Origin: Solirubrobacteraceae bacterium
GTDB lineage: Bacteria; Actinomycetota; Thermoleophilia; Solirubrobacterales; Solirubrobacteraceae
Reading direction: 5' to 3'
Length of the DNA stretch: 64,000 nucleotides
Assembly: GCA_036513795.1 (NCBI GenBank)
Contig: DATBYJ010000121.1
Location: 1,190-65,189, forward strand
The notes beneath the pieces were generated by a model. That model had not been told where the DNA came from and did no database searches. It was given only the letters and a program-made list of their open reading frames with translations. The stretch's first letter is position 1, and every line of letters starts with the position of its first letter. The position numbers and the translations under genes are program-made. Shown piece by piece: positions 9,260 through 19,076 of this stretch.

Positions 9260-9952
9260 ATGCCCCCAACTGACCAAGCCCAACTCGACAACCCGGCCTA
9301 CGCGTCGCTGTGCGGAGCGCATGCGCGGTTCGCACTGGTGCGCGGACGCCCACGCCGCTACCAGCTCGACGTCGCGCCCTTCCTCGCTCTCCCTTCCTCG
9401 CCATCGGCACAGGACTGGCGAGACGCGGCTGATCTGGTCGCGCCTGGTAGCTATGTGGCGGTCCCTTATAGCGGCGCGGAGCTACCGCCCGGCTGGCAGG
9501 AGGTTCGATCGTTTGAGCTCGCGCAAATGGTCGGGGAGCGGGTTGGCGCGGGTGACTGCCCGGAGGCGATCTCACTCGGTTGCGCGGACGTTCCGGAGGT
9601 ACTCGAGCTCGTCGCGCAGACCCAGCCGGGGCCGTTTCTGGAGCGGACGATCGAGCTTGGCGATTACGTCGGTATCCGCCGCGAAGGCGCGTTGGTGGCG
9701 ATGGCCGGCGAGCGATTTCGTCTGGATGATTGGACGGAGATCAGCGCCGTGTGCACGAGACCCGACTATCAGGGCCAGGGACTCGCCTCCGGGTTGATCG
9801 CCGCCCTGGTGGCAAACATCGAGCGTCGCTCGCAACGCTCCTTCCTGCATGTCCTTGCAACCAACACCGCAGCGATCCGACTCTACGAGCAGCTTGGCTT
9901 TCGCGTACGGCAAACCGTGAAGCTCACGGTGGTGACGCGCGAGGGACTCTGA
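9260..9952 (+). CDS. GNAT family acetyltransferase (FR47-like)
   Basis: LDNPA start, AMAGER, EISAVCTRPDYQGQGLA, NTAAIRLYEQLGF. Confidence 0.9.
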   Translation: MPPTDQAQLDNPAYASLCGAHARFALVRGRPRRYQLDVAPFLALPSSPSAQDWRDAADLVAPGSYVAVPYSGAELPPGWQEVRSFELAQMVGERVGAGDCPEAISLGCADVPEVLELVAQTQPGPFLERTIELGDYVGIRREGALVAMAGERFRLDDWTEISAVCTRPDYQGQGLASGLIAALVANIERRSQRSFLHVLATNTAAIRLYEQLGFRVRQTVKLTVVTREGL

Positions 9953-9974
9953 CGCGGCGGGGCGAGCGCCCCGA

Positions 9975-10799
9975 TCACCCACTGAGCCGCGCGCCGAAGA
10001 ACGCCAGGATCTCATCGCGAGCGGCGATCGTCGGCTGACCGGCTTCGTCGATCAGGTGAGCGGTCACGACGCTATGCGGGCAACCCACCACGTTTGCGAA
10101 GAACGGTGGCGTCTGATCGTTGGCGGCGCTGTCGGGGAGCACGCGCCCAATGAAGCGCTCGCCGAGCGCCTGTGAGTAGGCGGCGAAGCGCTGCGCCTGG
10201 CAGAACTTGTCGCCCTTGAAGCGATAGGCCATTACCGTCAGGTCCTCGCGCTCGAGGCGCGCACGCACCGCGCCCAGATCCTCGGGGGATATCTCAAGGC
10301 CGGCAGGGTCATCGAGCGGTAGCGACGGCTGGGAGAGGACCGGTGCGAGCATCGCCTGCTCGAGCATCATCGTCAGCGCGAAGTTGCCCGTGAAGCACAT
10401 CCCAATCGCACCGACGCCGGGGCCGCCGCATTGCTCGTGCGCGAGCCGCGCGAGCGCCCGCAGCCAGACGGTCACAGGACTCGACTCGTTGGCGGCAAAC
10501 GCGCGAAATTCGGCACTCACACACGCCCGCCGAAATGTGGCCGCCCCCTCCTCCACGCCCGGCACCGCGCCGTCGCGACCGAACAGCGAGGGCATGTAGA
10601 CGGTGAAGCCCGCGTCCCTGACCCAGCGGCTGAAACGGGCGACATGCGGGCTGATACCTGGCATCTCCGTCATCACGATCACCGCCGGCCCCTCACCGGC
10701 CACGTGCACGACTTTCGTGACGTCGTCCAGCGTGATCGCACGGGGCTCGAAGTCCTCCAGCTGGTCGTCTTTGTCGATCCTCCTAGCCATGATCTTCAT
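9975..10799 (-). CDS. Dienelactone hydrolase family protein
   Basis: GAIGMCFTG nucleophile motif; EMPGI; GAGGAG RBS before ATG 10799. Confidence 0.85.
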   Translation of the reverse strand: MKIMARRIDKDDQLEDFEPRAITLDDVTKVVHVAGEGPAVIVMTEMPGISPHVARFSRWVRDAGFTVYMPSLFGRDGAVPGVEEGAATFRRACVSAEFRAFAANESSPVTVWLRALARLAHEQCGGPGVGAIGMCFTGNFALTMMLEQAMLAPVLSQPSLPLDDPAGLEISPEDLGAVRARLEREDLTVMAYRFKGDKFCQAQRFAAYSQALGERFIGRVLPDSAANDQTPPFFANVVGCPHSVVTAHLIDEAGQPTIAARDEILAFFGARLSG

Positions 10800-10858
10800 C
10801 GCCTCCTCGCTCGCGTCGGCCTCGCCGCAATCCTTGGGTGCCATAAGTTCGAAATAAT

Positions 10859-10876
10859 ATAGACGATCGTTCGTAT
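10859..10876. promoter_or_regulatory. Putative TetR operator
   Basis: Imperfect palindrome ATAGACGATCGTTCGTAT between the divergent hydrolase and TetR genes. Confidence 0.5.
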
Positions 10877-10968
10877 TGTTGTTAGGTAGGATGCAGGCTT
10901 GATCGCACGGGCTGCCAGGCCGCAGGCCGTCGATTTCCAACCCTGCAACGCCGAACGGAGAGGCGCTG

Positions 10969-11649
10969 ATGAGCAACCCCCCAGAGCCACTCGTTACACC
11001 CCCGCGGCAGCCAAAGCCAAGCGACGGGCGACGCGCACGCGGGATGCGCAGCCGCGCGGCCGTCCTCGAGCGCTCCGTGCAGCTGGCCTCGCGAGACGGC
11101 CTGGAAGGCCTCACCATCGGCGCTCTCGCGGCCGACCTGGGGGTGCACAAGAGCAGCGTGCACACGCTGTTCGGCTCAAAGGAAGATCTGCAGCTCGCTA
11201 CGCTCGCGGCAGCACGGGCGATCCTGATCGAGCATGTGATCGCGCCGGCGCTCTCCAGCGACGTCGGTCTCCCGCGACTGCAGGCGATCGGCGAGGCATG
11301 GTGGGACTACCTCGGCGCGGACGTGTTCGCGGGCGGCTGTTTCCTATGCGCTGCTTCGGCAGAGATGGACGGCCGGCCGGGCTCCGTCCGCGACGCAGTG
11401 GAAGCAGTCATGCGCGAGTGGATCGAGGTGCTGGAAGCCAACATCGAGGCAGCGATCGCGGCGGGGGCTTTGCGCGCAGACGTCGACTCGAGCGCGGCCG
11501 CCTTCCGCTTGAACGCGCTAGGCATGGCCGCCAATTGGCAACGGCAGCTAATGAACGACCCCTCAGGCATCAAACACGCCTGCACTTCCTGGCATGAAGA
11601 GCTGGAGCGACTCACGCGCGGGTGCGTTGCTCCCCACATGGACCGCTAG
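10969..11649 (+). CDS. TetR/AcrR family regulator
   Basis: GLEGLTIGALAADLGVHKSSVHTLFGSKEDL HTH; GGCF in the C-domain. Confidence 0.9.
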   Translation: MSNPPEPLVTPPRQPKPSDGRRARGMRSRAAVLERSVQLASRDGLEGLTIGALAADLGVHKSSVHTLFGSKEDLQLATLAAARAILIEHVIAPALSSDVGLPRLQAIGEAWWDYLGADVFAGGCFLCAASAEMDGRPGSVRDAVEAVMREWIEVLEANIEAAIAAGALRADVDSSAAAFRLNALGMAANWQRQLMNDPSGIKHACTSWHEELERLTRGCVAPHMDR

Positions 11650-11665
11650 TTGTAGAGTCGCGGGA

Positions 11666-12487
11666 GTGACGCTCGTACTACTCACTGGGGCAACCCGCGG
11701 CATCGGCCAAGCAGCCGCGATCGAGCTCGCACGCGAGGGCGTCGAGCTGGCGCTCGTCGGCCGCGATCCCGAGCGCGTCAAAGCGGTGGCAGCTCAGGCA
11801 CGGGCGGTCGGCGGCAGCGCGCCAGTCCACGAGCACATCGCCGACCTGACGTTGATGAGCGAGGTTCGCGCCTTGGCCGAGGACGCGAGCACTCGCTACG
11901 AACATATCGATGTGCTCGCCAACAACGCGGGCGCGCTGTTCGCCTCGCGCAAGCTCACGTCCGAGGGCTTCGAGCAGACGTTCGCGCTGAACCACCTGGC
12001 GCCGTTCCTGCTCACAAGCCTGCTGCGCGAGCGACTGCAGGGCGGGAGGGTCGTCACGACCGCCTCCGACGCTCACAAAGCGGGCACGCTCGATCTCGAC
12101 GACCTGCAGTCGGAGAAGTCTTATGCAGCGATGCGCGTATATGGCACCTCAAAGCTGTGCAACATCCTCTTCACCCGCGAGCTGGCCAAGCGAGCACCGG
12201 AGCTGCACGCCAACTGCTTCCACCCCGGCGTCGTTCGCACCGGCTTTGGCAAGAATGAAAACGGGATATGGCGAGCTCTGACAACGCTAGGCGGACCGTT
12301 CTTTCGCTCACCCAAGCGCGGCGCCAAGTCGCTCGTATGGCTGGCGGTCTCTCGCGGTGCCGCCGATCTGGACGGCGAGTATGTGGTCGACGAGAAGGTT
12401 CAGACGCCCAGCGGCCAGGCCCGCAACGACACGCTTGCGGAGGGCCTGTGGGAGCGGAGCGCTGAACTGGTGGGCTTGCCAGCCTGA
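11666..12487 (+). CDS. SDR family oxidoreductase (retinol dehydrogenase-like)
   Basis: TGATRGIG, NNAG, YGTSK, HPGVVRT. Confidence 0.9.
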   Translation: MTLVLLTGATRGIGQAAAIELAREGVELALVGRDPERVKAVAAQARAVGGSAPVHEHIADLTLMSEVRALAEDASTRYEHIDVLANNAGALFASRKLTSEGFEQTFALNHLAPFLLTSLLRERLQGGRVVTTASDAHKAGTLDLDDLQSEKSYAAMRVYGTSKLCNILFTRELAKRAPELHANCFHPGVVRTGFGKNENGIWRALTTLGGPFFRSPKRGAKSLVWLAVSRGAADLDGEYVVDEKVQTPSGQARNDTLAEGLWERSAELVGLPA

Positions 12488-12494
12488 AGGCGAG

Positions 12495-12854
12495 CTACGC
12501 CTCGGGCGAGGAGGCCGCAAGCCCGAACGGGCTGCCCTCGGAGTCCTTGCAAATCGCCCAGCGCTCGCCTGGGTGAACCACGCTACCCCCAAGCGCGAGT
12601 ACCCGCGCGAGCGCCTCGGCGAGATCCTCGACTGCGAAGTAGGGAAGCGAGAAAGAATCGCCTGGTCCACGTCCGCGCGCGTGCACGCCCACCGCAGGCG
12701 TCCCCGAACGCGTCTGCCATCCCTCCCCTTGCGCCTCTTCGCGCTCGGCCAACTCGTTCTGCAGCAGCCCCGCCCAGAACCGCCGCGCGCGCTCGGGATC
12801 GTCGGCGGGAAACTCAATCAGTGACGGCGAAACGCGTGACACCTTGTGCACCAT
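12495..12854 (-). CDS. VOC/glyoxalase family protein
   Basis: EFPADDPERARRFW, PYFAVEDL, DSEGSPFGL; start uncertain. Confidence 0.8.
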   Translation of the reverse strand: MVHKVSRVSPSLIEFPADDPERARRFWAGLLQNELAEREEAQGEGWQTRSGTPAVGVHARGRGPGDSFSLPYFAVEDLAEALARVLALGGSVVHPGERWAICKDSEGSPFGLAASSPEA

Positions 12855-12960
12855 AGCCCCCCCGAGCGGAGGGAACGCCACGCTGCACGACAGGTTTGCG
12901 CCAGCGACCTTCAGAGCTTGCCCGTGCGCTGAAGGTTCGACTGCAGTACCTTCAACGAAG

Positions 12961-14301
12961 GTGACACTCGACGAACTGGCTGAGGCTGTCGCGCTGGGGA
13001 GCATCGACACGGTGCTGCTGGCGATGACCGACATGCAGGGGCGTCTGCAGGGTAAGCGCCTGACGGCGACGCACTTCCTGAAGGAGGTTGCCGACCACGG
13101 CGCGGAGAGCTGCAACTACCTGCTGGCGGTGGACGTGGACATGCGCACGGTCGATGGCTACGCGATGTCCTCGTGGGAGGGCGGCTACGGCGACATGGTG
13201 CTGAAACCCGATCTCGACACGCTGCGTCCAGTGCCGTGGCAGGAGGGCACGGTCGTGTGCCTGGCGGACGTCGCCTGGCCGGACGGCTCTGACGTGGTCG
13301 CCTCCCCCCGTCAGATCTTGCGCCGCCAGCTCGCGCGCCTGGCCGAGCGGGGCTGGGTGGCCAACGCGGGCACAGAGCTCGAGTTCCTGGTGTTCAAAGA
13401 CACCTACGAGCAGGCGTGGCACAAGGGCTACCGCGATCTCGATCCGGCGAACCTCTACAACGTCGATTACTCGCTGCTAGGCACCGCGCGCGTGGAGCCA
13501 CTGATTCGCCGTATCCGCAACAGCATGGTGGCGGCGGGGATGGTCGTGGAGGATTCCAAGGGCGAGTGCAACTTCGGTCAGCATGAGATCAACTTCCATT
13601 ACGCAGACGCACTGCGTACCGCTGACGAGCACGTGATCTACAAGAACGGCGCCAAGGAGATCGCAGCGGCGGAGGGCATGGCGATCACGTTCATGGCCAA
13701 GTACGACGAGCGCGAGGGCAACTCGTGCCACATCCATTTCTCGCTGGCTGATCTATCGACTTCCCCACCCACCCCGCTGTTCGCACGCGATGAGGCGCTG
13801 TTTCACTCATTCCTCGCCGGCCAGCTCGCGTGCCTGCGCGAGATGACGTTGCTACTGGCGCCGCACATCAACTCCTACAAGCGCTACGCCGCCGCGACGT
13901 TCGCGCCGACCACGGTCGCGTGGGGCCACGACAACCGCACGTGCTCGCTGCGGGTGGTCGGCGATGGGCCATCGCTGCGCTTTGAGAACCGGGTGGGTGG
14001 CGCTGACCTGAACCCATACCTCGCGTTGAGCGCGCTGATTGCATCAGGGCTGCACGGGATCGACGCGGGCCTCGAGCTCGAGCCAGCGCTCGAGGGTAAC
14101 GCCTATGTGGAGCAGGAGTGTCCGCGCCTGCCGGCGACGCTGCACGACGCGCGTGGGCTGTTCGCCGCGAGTGATGTGGCCCGTGAGGCGTTTGGCGAGG
14201 ATGTGGTGGCGCACTATCTCAACGCTGCCGACGTGGAGCTTGCGAGCTTCCAGTCGGCCGTGACAGACTGGGAGCGCGTGCGCGGATTCGAGCGACTGTG
14301 A
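12961..14301 (+). CDS. Glutamine synthetase family protein (gamma-glutamyl-amine synthetase type)
   Basis: DMQGRLQGKR, ELEF, GECNFGQHEINF, GNSCHIH, WGHDNRT, ENR. Confidence 0.92.
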   Translation: MTLDELAEAVALGSIDTVLLAMTDMQGRLQGKRLTATHFLKEVADHGAESCNYLLAVDVDMRTVDGYAMSSWEGGYGDMVLKPDLDTLRPVPWQEGTVVCLADVAWPDGSDVVASPRQILRRQLARLAERGWVANAGTELEFLVFKDTYEQAWHKGYRDLDPANLYNVDYSLLGTARVEPLIRRIRNSMVAAGMVVEDSKGECNFGQHEINFHYADALRTADEHVIYKNGAKEIAAAEGMAITFMAKYDEREGNSCHIHFSLADLSTSPPTPLFARDEALFHSFLAGQLACLREMTLLLAPHINSYKRYAAATFAPTTVAWGHDNRTCSLRVVGDGPSLRFENRVGGADLNPYLALSALIASGLHGIDAGLELEPALEGNAYVEQECPRLPATLHDARGLFAASDVAREAFGEDVVAHYLNAADVELASFQSAVTDWERVRGFERL

Positions 14302-14322
14302 ACCTGTGGGGGCCGGAGAACG

Positions 14323-15069
14323 ATGGCGGGCAGAGCCGACGATAGAGCTACTGCGGAGGTGCTGAGCACTCCGGATGCGATCTTCGCTCCGGTGCGCTCG
14401 CAGACAGCTTTCGAGGAGACCGTCGATCGCCTCGGCACGGCGATCAAGCTCGGCTTGCTGGCTCCCGGCGCGCGGCTGCCGGCCGAGCGCGAGCTGTGTA
14501 CACGGATGGGGATCGCCCGCTCGACGCTCCGCCAAGCGCTCACAGCACTGAGCCAAAGCGGCCACGTGTTCGCCACCCGTGGGCGCGGCGGCGGCACGTT
14601 CGTGTCAGATCCACAGCCGCCCAGCAACCCGCCGTCTGAGCTGATGCTCACGCAGTGGCGCGAGACGTGCGACCAGCGCCTGGCGGTCGAGCTGGGGGTT
14701 GCGGTGTTGGCAGCCGAGCGCGCCGCCGGCGCCGACCTGGATGCGCTCGACGAGGTGGCCGGAACACTCGAGGACATGCTCGAGGACTTCGTCGCCTACC
14801 GCCAGGCTGACATCCGCCTGCATGTGGGGCTCGCCGAGGCCACCCGCTCAACCAGCCTCGTGCGCGCGATGACCGAGGCGCAGGGCGCGATGAGCAACCT
14901 GATCAACTACATCGCCCACCCGCCACAGGTACTCGCATCCTCCAACGCTCAGCATCGACGGCTGCTGGCGGCAGTGCGCGAGCGCGACGCGATGCGCGCG
15001 GCACAGGTGATGGCCGAGCACCTGCAGGGCACCGAGCACATCCTCGCGGGCCTGTTGCCCAGCGGCTGA
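14323..15069 (+). CDS. GntR/FadR family regulator
   Basis: RLPAERELC...RSTLRQAL...RGRGGGTFV; FCD domain. Confidence 0.92.
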   Translation: MAGRADDRATAEVLSTPDAIFAPVRSQTAFEETVDRLGTAIKLGLLAPGARLPAERELCTRMGIARSTLRQALTALSQSGHVFATRGRGGGTFVSDPQPPSNPPSELMLTQWRETCDQRLAVELGVAVLAAERAAGADLDALDEVAGTLEDMLEDFVAYRQADIRLHVGLAEATRSTSLVRAMTEAQGAMSNLINYIAHPPQVLASSNAQHRRLLAAVRERDAMRAAQVMAEHLQGTEHILAGLLPSG

Positions 15070-15204
15070 GTCCAAATCAGCGCGGTGCACCAGCCAGTCC
15101 CGTCCTGCGACCGGCGTGTCTTGGCCATCCGTCCGCCCCGAGGCTCGCGATTTGCGCCAACTGCACTTGACACCCCTCCACGATCGAGCGTATTGTCACG
15201 AATG

Positions 15205-15225
15205 AAGGACGGATAACCAAACCTT
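15205..15225. promoter_or_regulatory. Putative FadR-type operator
   Basis: Imperfect inverted repeat AAGGACGGATAACCAAACCTT before the permease operon. Confidence 0.35.
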
Positions 15226-15246
15226 TTGACCTTCAGGGGGAGCCCG

Positions 15247-16848
15247 ATGAGCACGACAACGGGGACGCTGAGCGCAGACGAGCAGCGACTTGCCGAGCTT
15301 GGCTACAAACAGGAGCTCAAGCGCGGCTGGAGCGGGTTCTCCAACTTCGCGATCTCCTTCTCGATCATCTCGGTGCTCGCCGGCTGCTTCACGACGTATG
15401 GCCAGGCGTTCAAGAACGGCGGCCCGATCGCGATCTCGATCATGTGGCCGGTGATCAGCGTGCTGATCCTGATGGTGGCGTTCTCGATGTCCGAGCTCGC
15501 CTCGGCGATGCCGACGGCCGGGGGCATCTACTACTGGGCGTCAAAGCTCGGCGGCGCGGGCTGGGGCTGGTTCACAGGATGGTTCAACCTGATCGGCCTG
15601 GTGGCGGTGGTGGCCTCGGTGGTGTATGTGAGCGCCACGTTCCTGGTGTATCTGCTCGGCCTGTACAACGTGCACTTCATCTTCGACTTCGCCAGGGCGG
15701 CGGCGGGTACGGATGTCCATTACACAGCCCACGTGGAGTTCGCTGTGTTCGGGGCGATCCTGCTGCTCGACCTGCTGACCAACGTCTTCTCGAGCCACTT
15801 GGTATCGATCTTCAACGGCGTCTCGGTGTGGTGGCACGTGATCGGCGTCGCAGTGATCGTCGTGATTCTGATCGCCGTCCCCAGCCACCACGCGAGCCTC
15901 TCCTACGTGTTCGGCCACCGCGCCAACGTATCCGGGTTCAGCGGGCACATGTACTGGTTCTACGTGCTGCCGCTCGGGTTCCTGTTGACGATGTACACGA
16001 TCACCGGCTACGACGCCTCGGCACACGTCTCCGAGGAGACGCATGATGCGGCCGAGTCCGCGCCAAAAGGCATCTGGCGCTCGGTCTTCTACTCGGCGGT
16101 GATCGGGTGGATCGTGCTGCTGGCGATCACCTTCGCAATCCAGAAGAGCCACGAAAGCGAAATCCTCAAGGCGGGCTACCCGGCGCTGACGATCTTCACA
16201 AGCGCGCTGAGTTCCTCAGCGGCGAAGGCCGTGATCCTGATCTCAACCGTGGGGCAGCTCTTCTGCGGCGTGGCCTGCTGCACGAGCGCGTCGCGCATGA
16301 CGTTCGCGTTCTCGCGCGACGGTGCCGTGCCCGGGCACAACCTGTGGCGTCGCCTGGGCAAGAACAGGACCCCCACATGGTCGGTGTTGTTCGTGGTCGT
16401 GTTCGCAGCGATCATCACCTTCCCCGCGTACTTCCCGAACAAACTGGGCACGCCGGTGGCGTTCCTCGCGGTCACCTCGATCTCGGTGATCGGCCTGTAC
16501 ATCGCCTACACGATCCCCGTGTTCCTGCGCTGGCGAATGGGCTCTGAGTTCACACCCGGCCCGTGGACGCTGGGCAGCAAATACAAATGGATGAACCCAA
16601 TCGCGTTCTGCTGGGTCGCGATCTGTGTGGTGATCTTCTGCCTGCCATTCGCGCCCGCGGGGGTGTTCTTCAAGTCTGGCTTTGAATGGTCGGCCGTCAA
16701 CTACGCACCGCTGGTGACGATCGGAGTAATGGCAGCCGTCACGATCTGGTTTGTGGTCTCCGCGAAACGCACGTTCACAGGCCCGATTCGCACGATCGAC
16801 GAGCTGAACGCGGCCGAGGCCCTGCCCGATATCGCGCAGGCCCCCTGA
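15247..16848 (+). CDS. APC family amino acid/polyamine permease
   Basis: LGYKQELKR, FSNFAISFSIIS, PTAGGIYYWA, GYDASAHVSEET. Confidence 0.92.
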   Translation: MSTTTGTLSADEQRLAELGYKQELKRGWSGFSNFAISFSIISVLAGCFTTYGQAFKNGGPIAISIMWPVISVLILMVAFSMSELASAMPTAGGIYYWASKLGGAGWGWFTGWFNLIGLVAVVASVVYVSATFLVYLLGLYNVHFIFDFARAAAGTDVHYTAHVEFAVFGAILLLDLLTNVFSSHLVSIFNGVSVWWHVIGVAVIVVILIAVPSHHASLSYVFGHRANVSGFSGHMYWFYVLPLGFLLTMYTITGYDASAHVSEETHDAAESAPKGIWRSVFYSAVIGWIVLLAITFAIQKSHESEILKAGYPALTIFTSALSSSAAKAVILISTVGQLFCGVACCTSASRMTFAFSRDGAVPGHNLWRRLGKNRTPTWSVLFVVVFAAIITFPAYFPNKLGTPVAFLAVTSISVIGLYIAYTIPVFLRWRMGSEFTPGPWTLGSKYKWMNPIAFCWVAICVVIFCLPFAPAGVFFKSGFEWSAVNYAPLVTIGVMAAVTIWFVVSAKRTFTGPIRTIDELNAAEALPDIAQAP

Positions 16849-16852
16849 GTTC

Positions 16853-18226
16853 GTGAGCGCTCAGCTGTCTGTGATCGAGCCGGCGACCGAGACGGTGCTG
16901 GCGACGGTGCCGCGCGCCGGCGTCGAGGAGACCGACGCCGCGGTGGCAGCGGCAGTGAGGGCGCTGCCGGCATGGCGGGCGCTTGCTCCGGGCGAGCGCG
17001 CGCGCATCCTTTACGTGCTCGCAAACACGCTCGCCGATCACCTCGAGGAGCTGGCGGTGCTGGAGGCGCGCAACGCGGGCAAGGCGATCGGCGACGCCCG
17101 CGGAGAGATGGGCATGGTGGTGGACACGTTCCGCTACTACGCGGGCGCGCCCGAGCGACTGCTGGGTGACACGATCCCAGTGGCGGGCGGGCAGGCGTTC
17201 ACGGTGCGTGAACCGGTCGGTGTGGTCGGGCTGATCACGCCGTGGAACTTCCCGCTGACGATTGCCTCATGGAAGCTCGCGCCGGCGCTCGCGGCGGGCA
17301 ACACGGTGGTGCTGAAGCCCGCGGAGTTGACGCCGCTCACGGCGATGCGCTTCGCCGAGCTGGCGCTCGAGGCGGGCGTGCCTGACGGCGTGGTGAACGT
17401 GGTAGTCGGGCCGGGCAGCACCTGCGGACAGCGCCTGGTCGAGCACCCGGACGTGGCGAAGATCGCGTTCACCGGCTCGACCGAGGTCGGCCGCTCGATC
17501 GCAGCCGGTGCTGCGGCGACGATCAAGCGGGTAACGCTCGAGCTGGGCGGCAAGTCTGCGAACGTGATCTTCGCCGACGCAGACCTCGAGGCCGCGGCCG
17601 CGGCGGCGCCGCTTGCGGTGTTCGGCAATGCCGGCCAGGATTGCTGCGCGCGCTCGCGCATCCTCGTACAGGACGGCGCACTGGATCGCTTCATGGAGCT
17701 GCTGGAGGTAGCGGTGAAGGCGCTGCGCGTAGGCGACCCGCTCGACGAGCAGACGCAGATGGGACCGCTGATCTCCGCAGCGCAGCGCGAAACGGTGTCC
17801 TCGTTCCTCGACGGGCAGGCGCCTGTGGCCTTCCAGGGCAGCGCACCGGAGGGACCGGGCTTCTGGTTCGCACCAACCGTGCTCTCCCCCGTGAAGCCGA
17901 ACGACCGCGTGGCGCAAGAGGAGGTATTCGGCCCGATCGCGGCAGTGATCCCGTTCGCTGATGAGGCCGAGGCTGTGCGCCTGGCGAACGCCTCGATCTA
18001 CGGACTGTCCGGATCGATCTGGACTCGTGACGGCGCTCGCGCGCTGCGCGTGGCGCGAGCGGTGCAGACAGGAGTGCTGTCGATCAACGCGAACACATCG
18101 GTGCGCGTGAGCACCCCGTTTGGTGGCTTCAAGCAGTCGGGCTACGGCCGCGAGCTGGGGCCGCACGCGCTCGAGGCATACACAGAGCTGAAGACGATCT
18201 ACTACGCGACGGAGGAGCAGCGATGA
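16853..18226 (+). CDS. Aldehyde dehydrogenase
   Basis: PWNFP, FTGSTEVG, LELGGKS, AGQDCCA, EEVFGP, PFGGFKQSG. Confidence 0.95.
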   Translation: MSAQLSVIEPATETVLATVPRAGVEETDAAVAAAVRALPAWRALAPGERARILYVLANTLADHLEELAVLEARNAGKAIGDARGEMGMVVDTFRYYAGAPERLLGDTIPVAGGQAFTVREPVGVVGLITPWNFPLTIASWKLAPALAAGNTVVLKPAELTPLTAMRFAELALEAGVPDGVVNVVVGPGSTCGQRLVEHPDVAKIAFTGSTEVGRSIAAGAAATIKRVTLELGGKSANVIFADADLEAAAAAAPLAVFGNAGQDCCARSRILVQDGALDRFMELLEVAVKALRVGDPLDEQTQMGPLISAAQRETVSSFLDGQAPVAFQGSAPEGPGFWFAPTVLSPVKPNDRVAQEEVFGPIAAVIPFADEAEAVRLANASIYGLSGSIWTRDGARALRVARAVQTGVLSINANTSVRVSTPFGGFKQSGYGRELGPHALEAYTELKTIYYATEEQR

Positions 18227-18311
18227 CGAGCACAGCGACCGTGTCCCCCGCACCTGTGCGCGCCCACACAACCACCCCGGCCCTCGCCCGGCGGGCCGCG
18301 AGCAGCCCTCG

Positions 18312-19076
18312 ATGAGCGCGTCCGGCAGGCTCGCGGGGCGCGTGTGCGTGGTGACGGGCGCCGTCGGCGGCATCGGCGCGGCGACCGTGGCGAGCTTCCA
18401 GCGCGAGGGCGCGACGGTCGTGGGCATGGACCTGCAACCAGACTCGCCAGGGGACGTGGCGCTGCAGGTGGACGTCACCGACGAGCAGCAGGTGCAGGAG
18501 TCACTCCAGCGTGTGCGCGACCAGTTCGGACACATCGATGTGCTGTTCAACAACGCGGGCATCTCCCCGGGCGATGACGGCTCGGTGATCGAGACGACGC
18601 TGGAGGCGTGGGAGCGGGTACAGAGTGTGAACCTGCGCAGCGTGTTCCTGTGCTGTAAGCACGGCATCCCCCATCTCTTGGAGAACGATGGCCCGCTCCG
18701 CGGCTCGGTGATCAACACCGCGTCGTTCGTAGCGGTGATGGGTGCAGCGACATCGCAGATCTCCTACACCGCGTCCAAGGGAGGCGTGCTGGCACTGTCG
18801 CGGGAGCTCGGCGTGGAGTTCGCCCGGCGTGGCGTGCGCGTCAACGCGCTGTGCCCCGGCCCGGTGGACACGCCGCTGCTCAAAGAGCTGTTTGCCAAGG
18901 ACCCCGAGAAGGCCGCGCGCCGGCTCGTGCATGTTCCGATTGGGCGCTTCGCGTATCCCGAGGAGATTGCCCAGGGCGCGCTGTTCCTGGCAAGCGATGA
19001 CTCGAGCTATGTGACCGCCTCGACGTTCTTGATCGACGGCGGCCTCAGCGGCGCTTACACTACGCCGCTGGACTGA
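18312..19076 (+). CDS. SDR family 3-oxoacyl-ACP reductase-like protein
   Basis: TGAVGGIG, NNAG, YTASKGG, NALCPG. Confidence 0.92.
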   Translation: MSASGRLAGRVCVVTGAVGGIGAATVASFQREGATVVGMDLQPDSPGDVALQVDVTDEQQVQESLQRVRDQFGHIDVLFNNAGISPGDDGSVIETTLEAWERVQSVNLRSVFLCCKHGIPHLLENDGPLRGSVINTASFVAVMGAATSQISYTASKGGVLALSRELGVEFARRGVRVNALCPGPVDTPLLKELFAKDPEKAARRLVHVPIGRFAYPEEIAQGALFLASDDSSYVTASTFLIDGGLSGAYTTPLD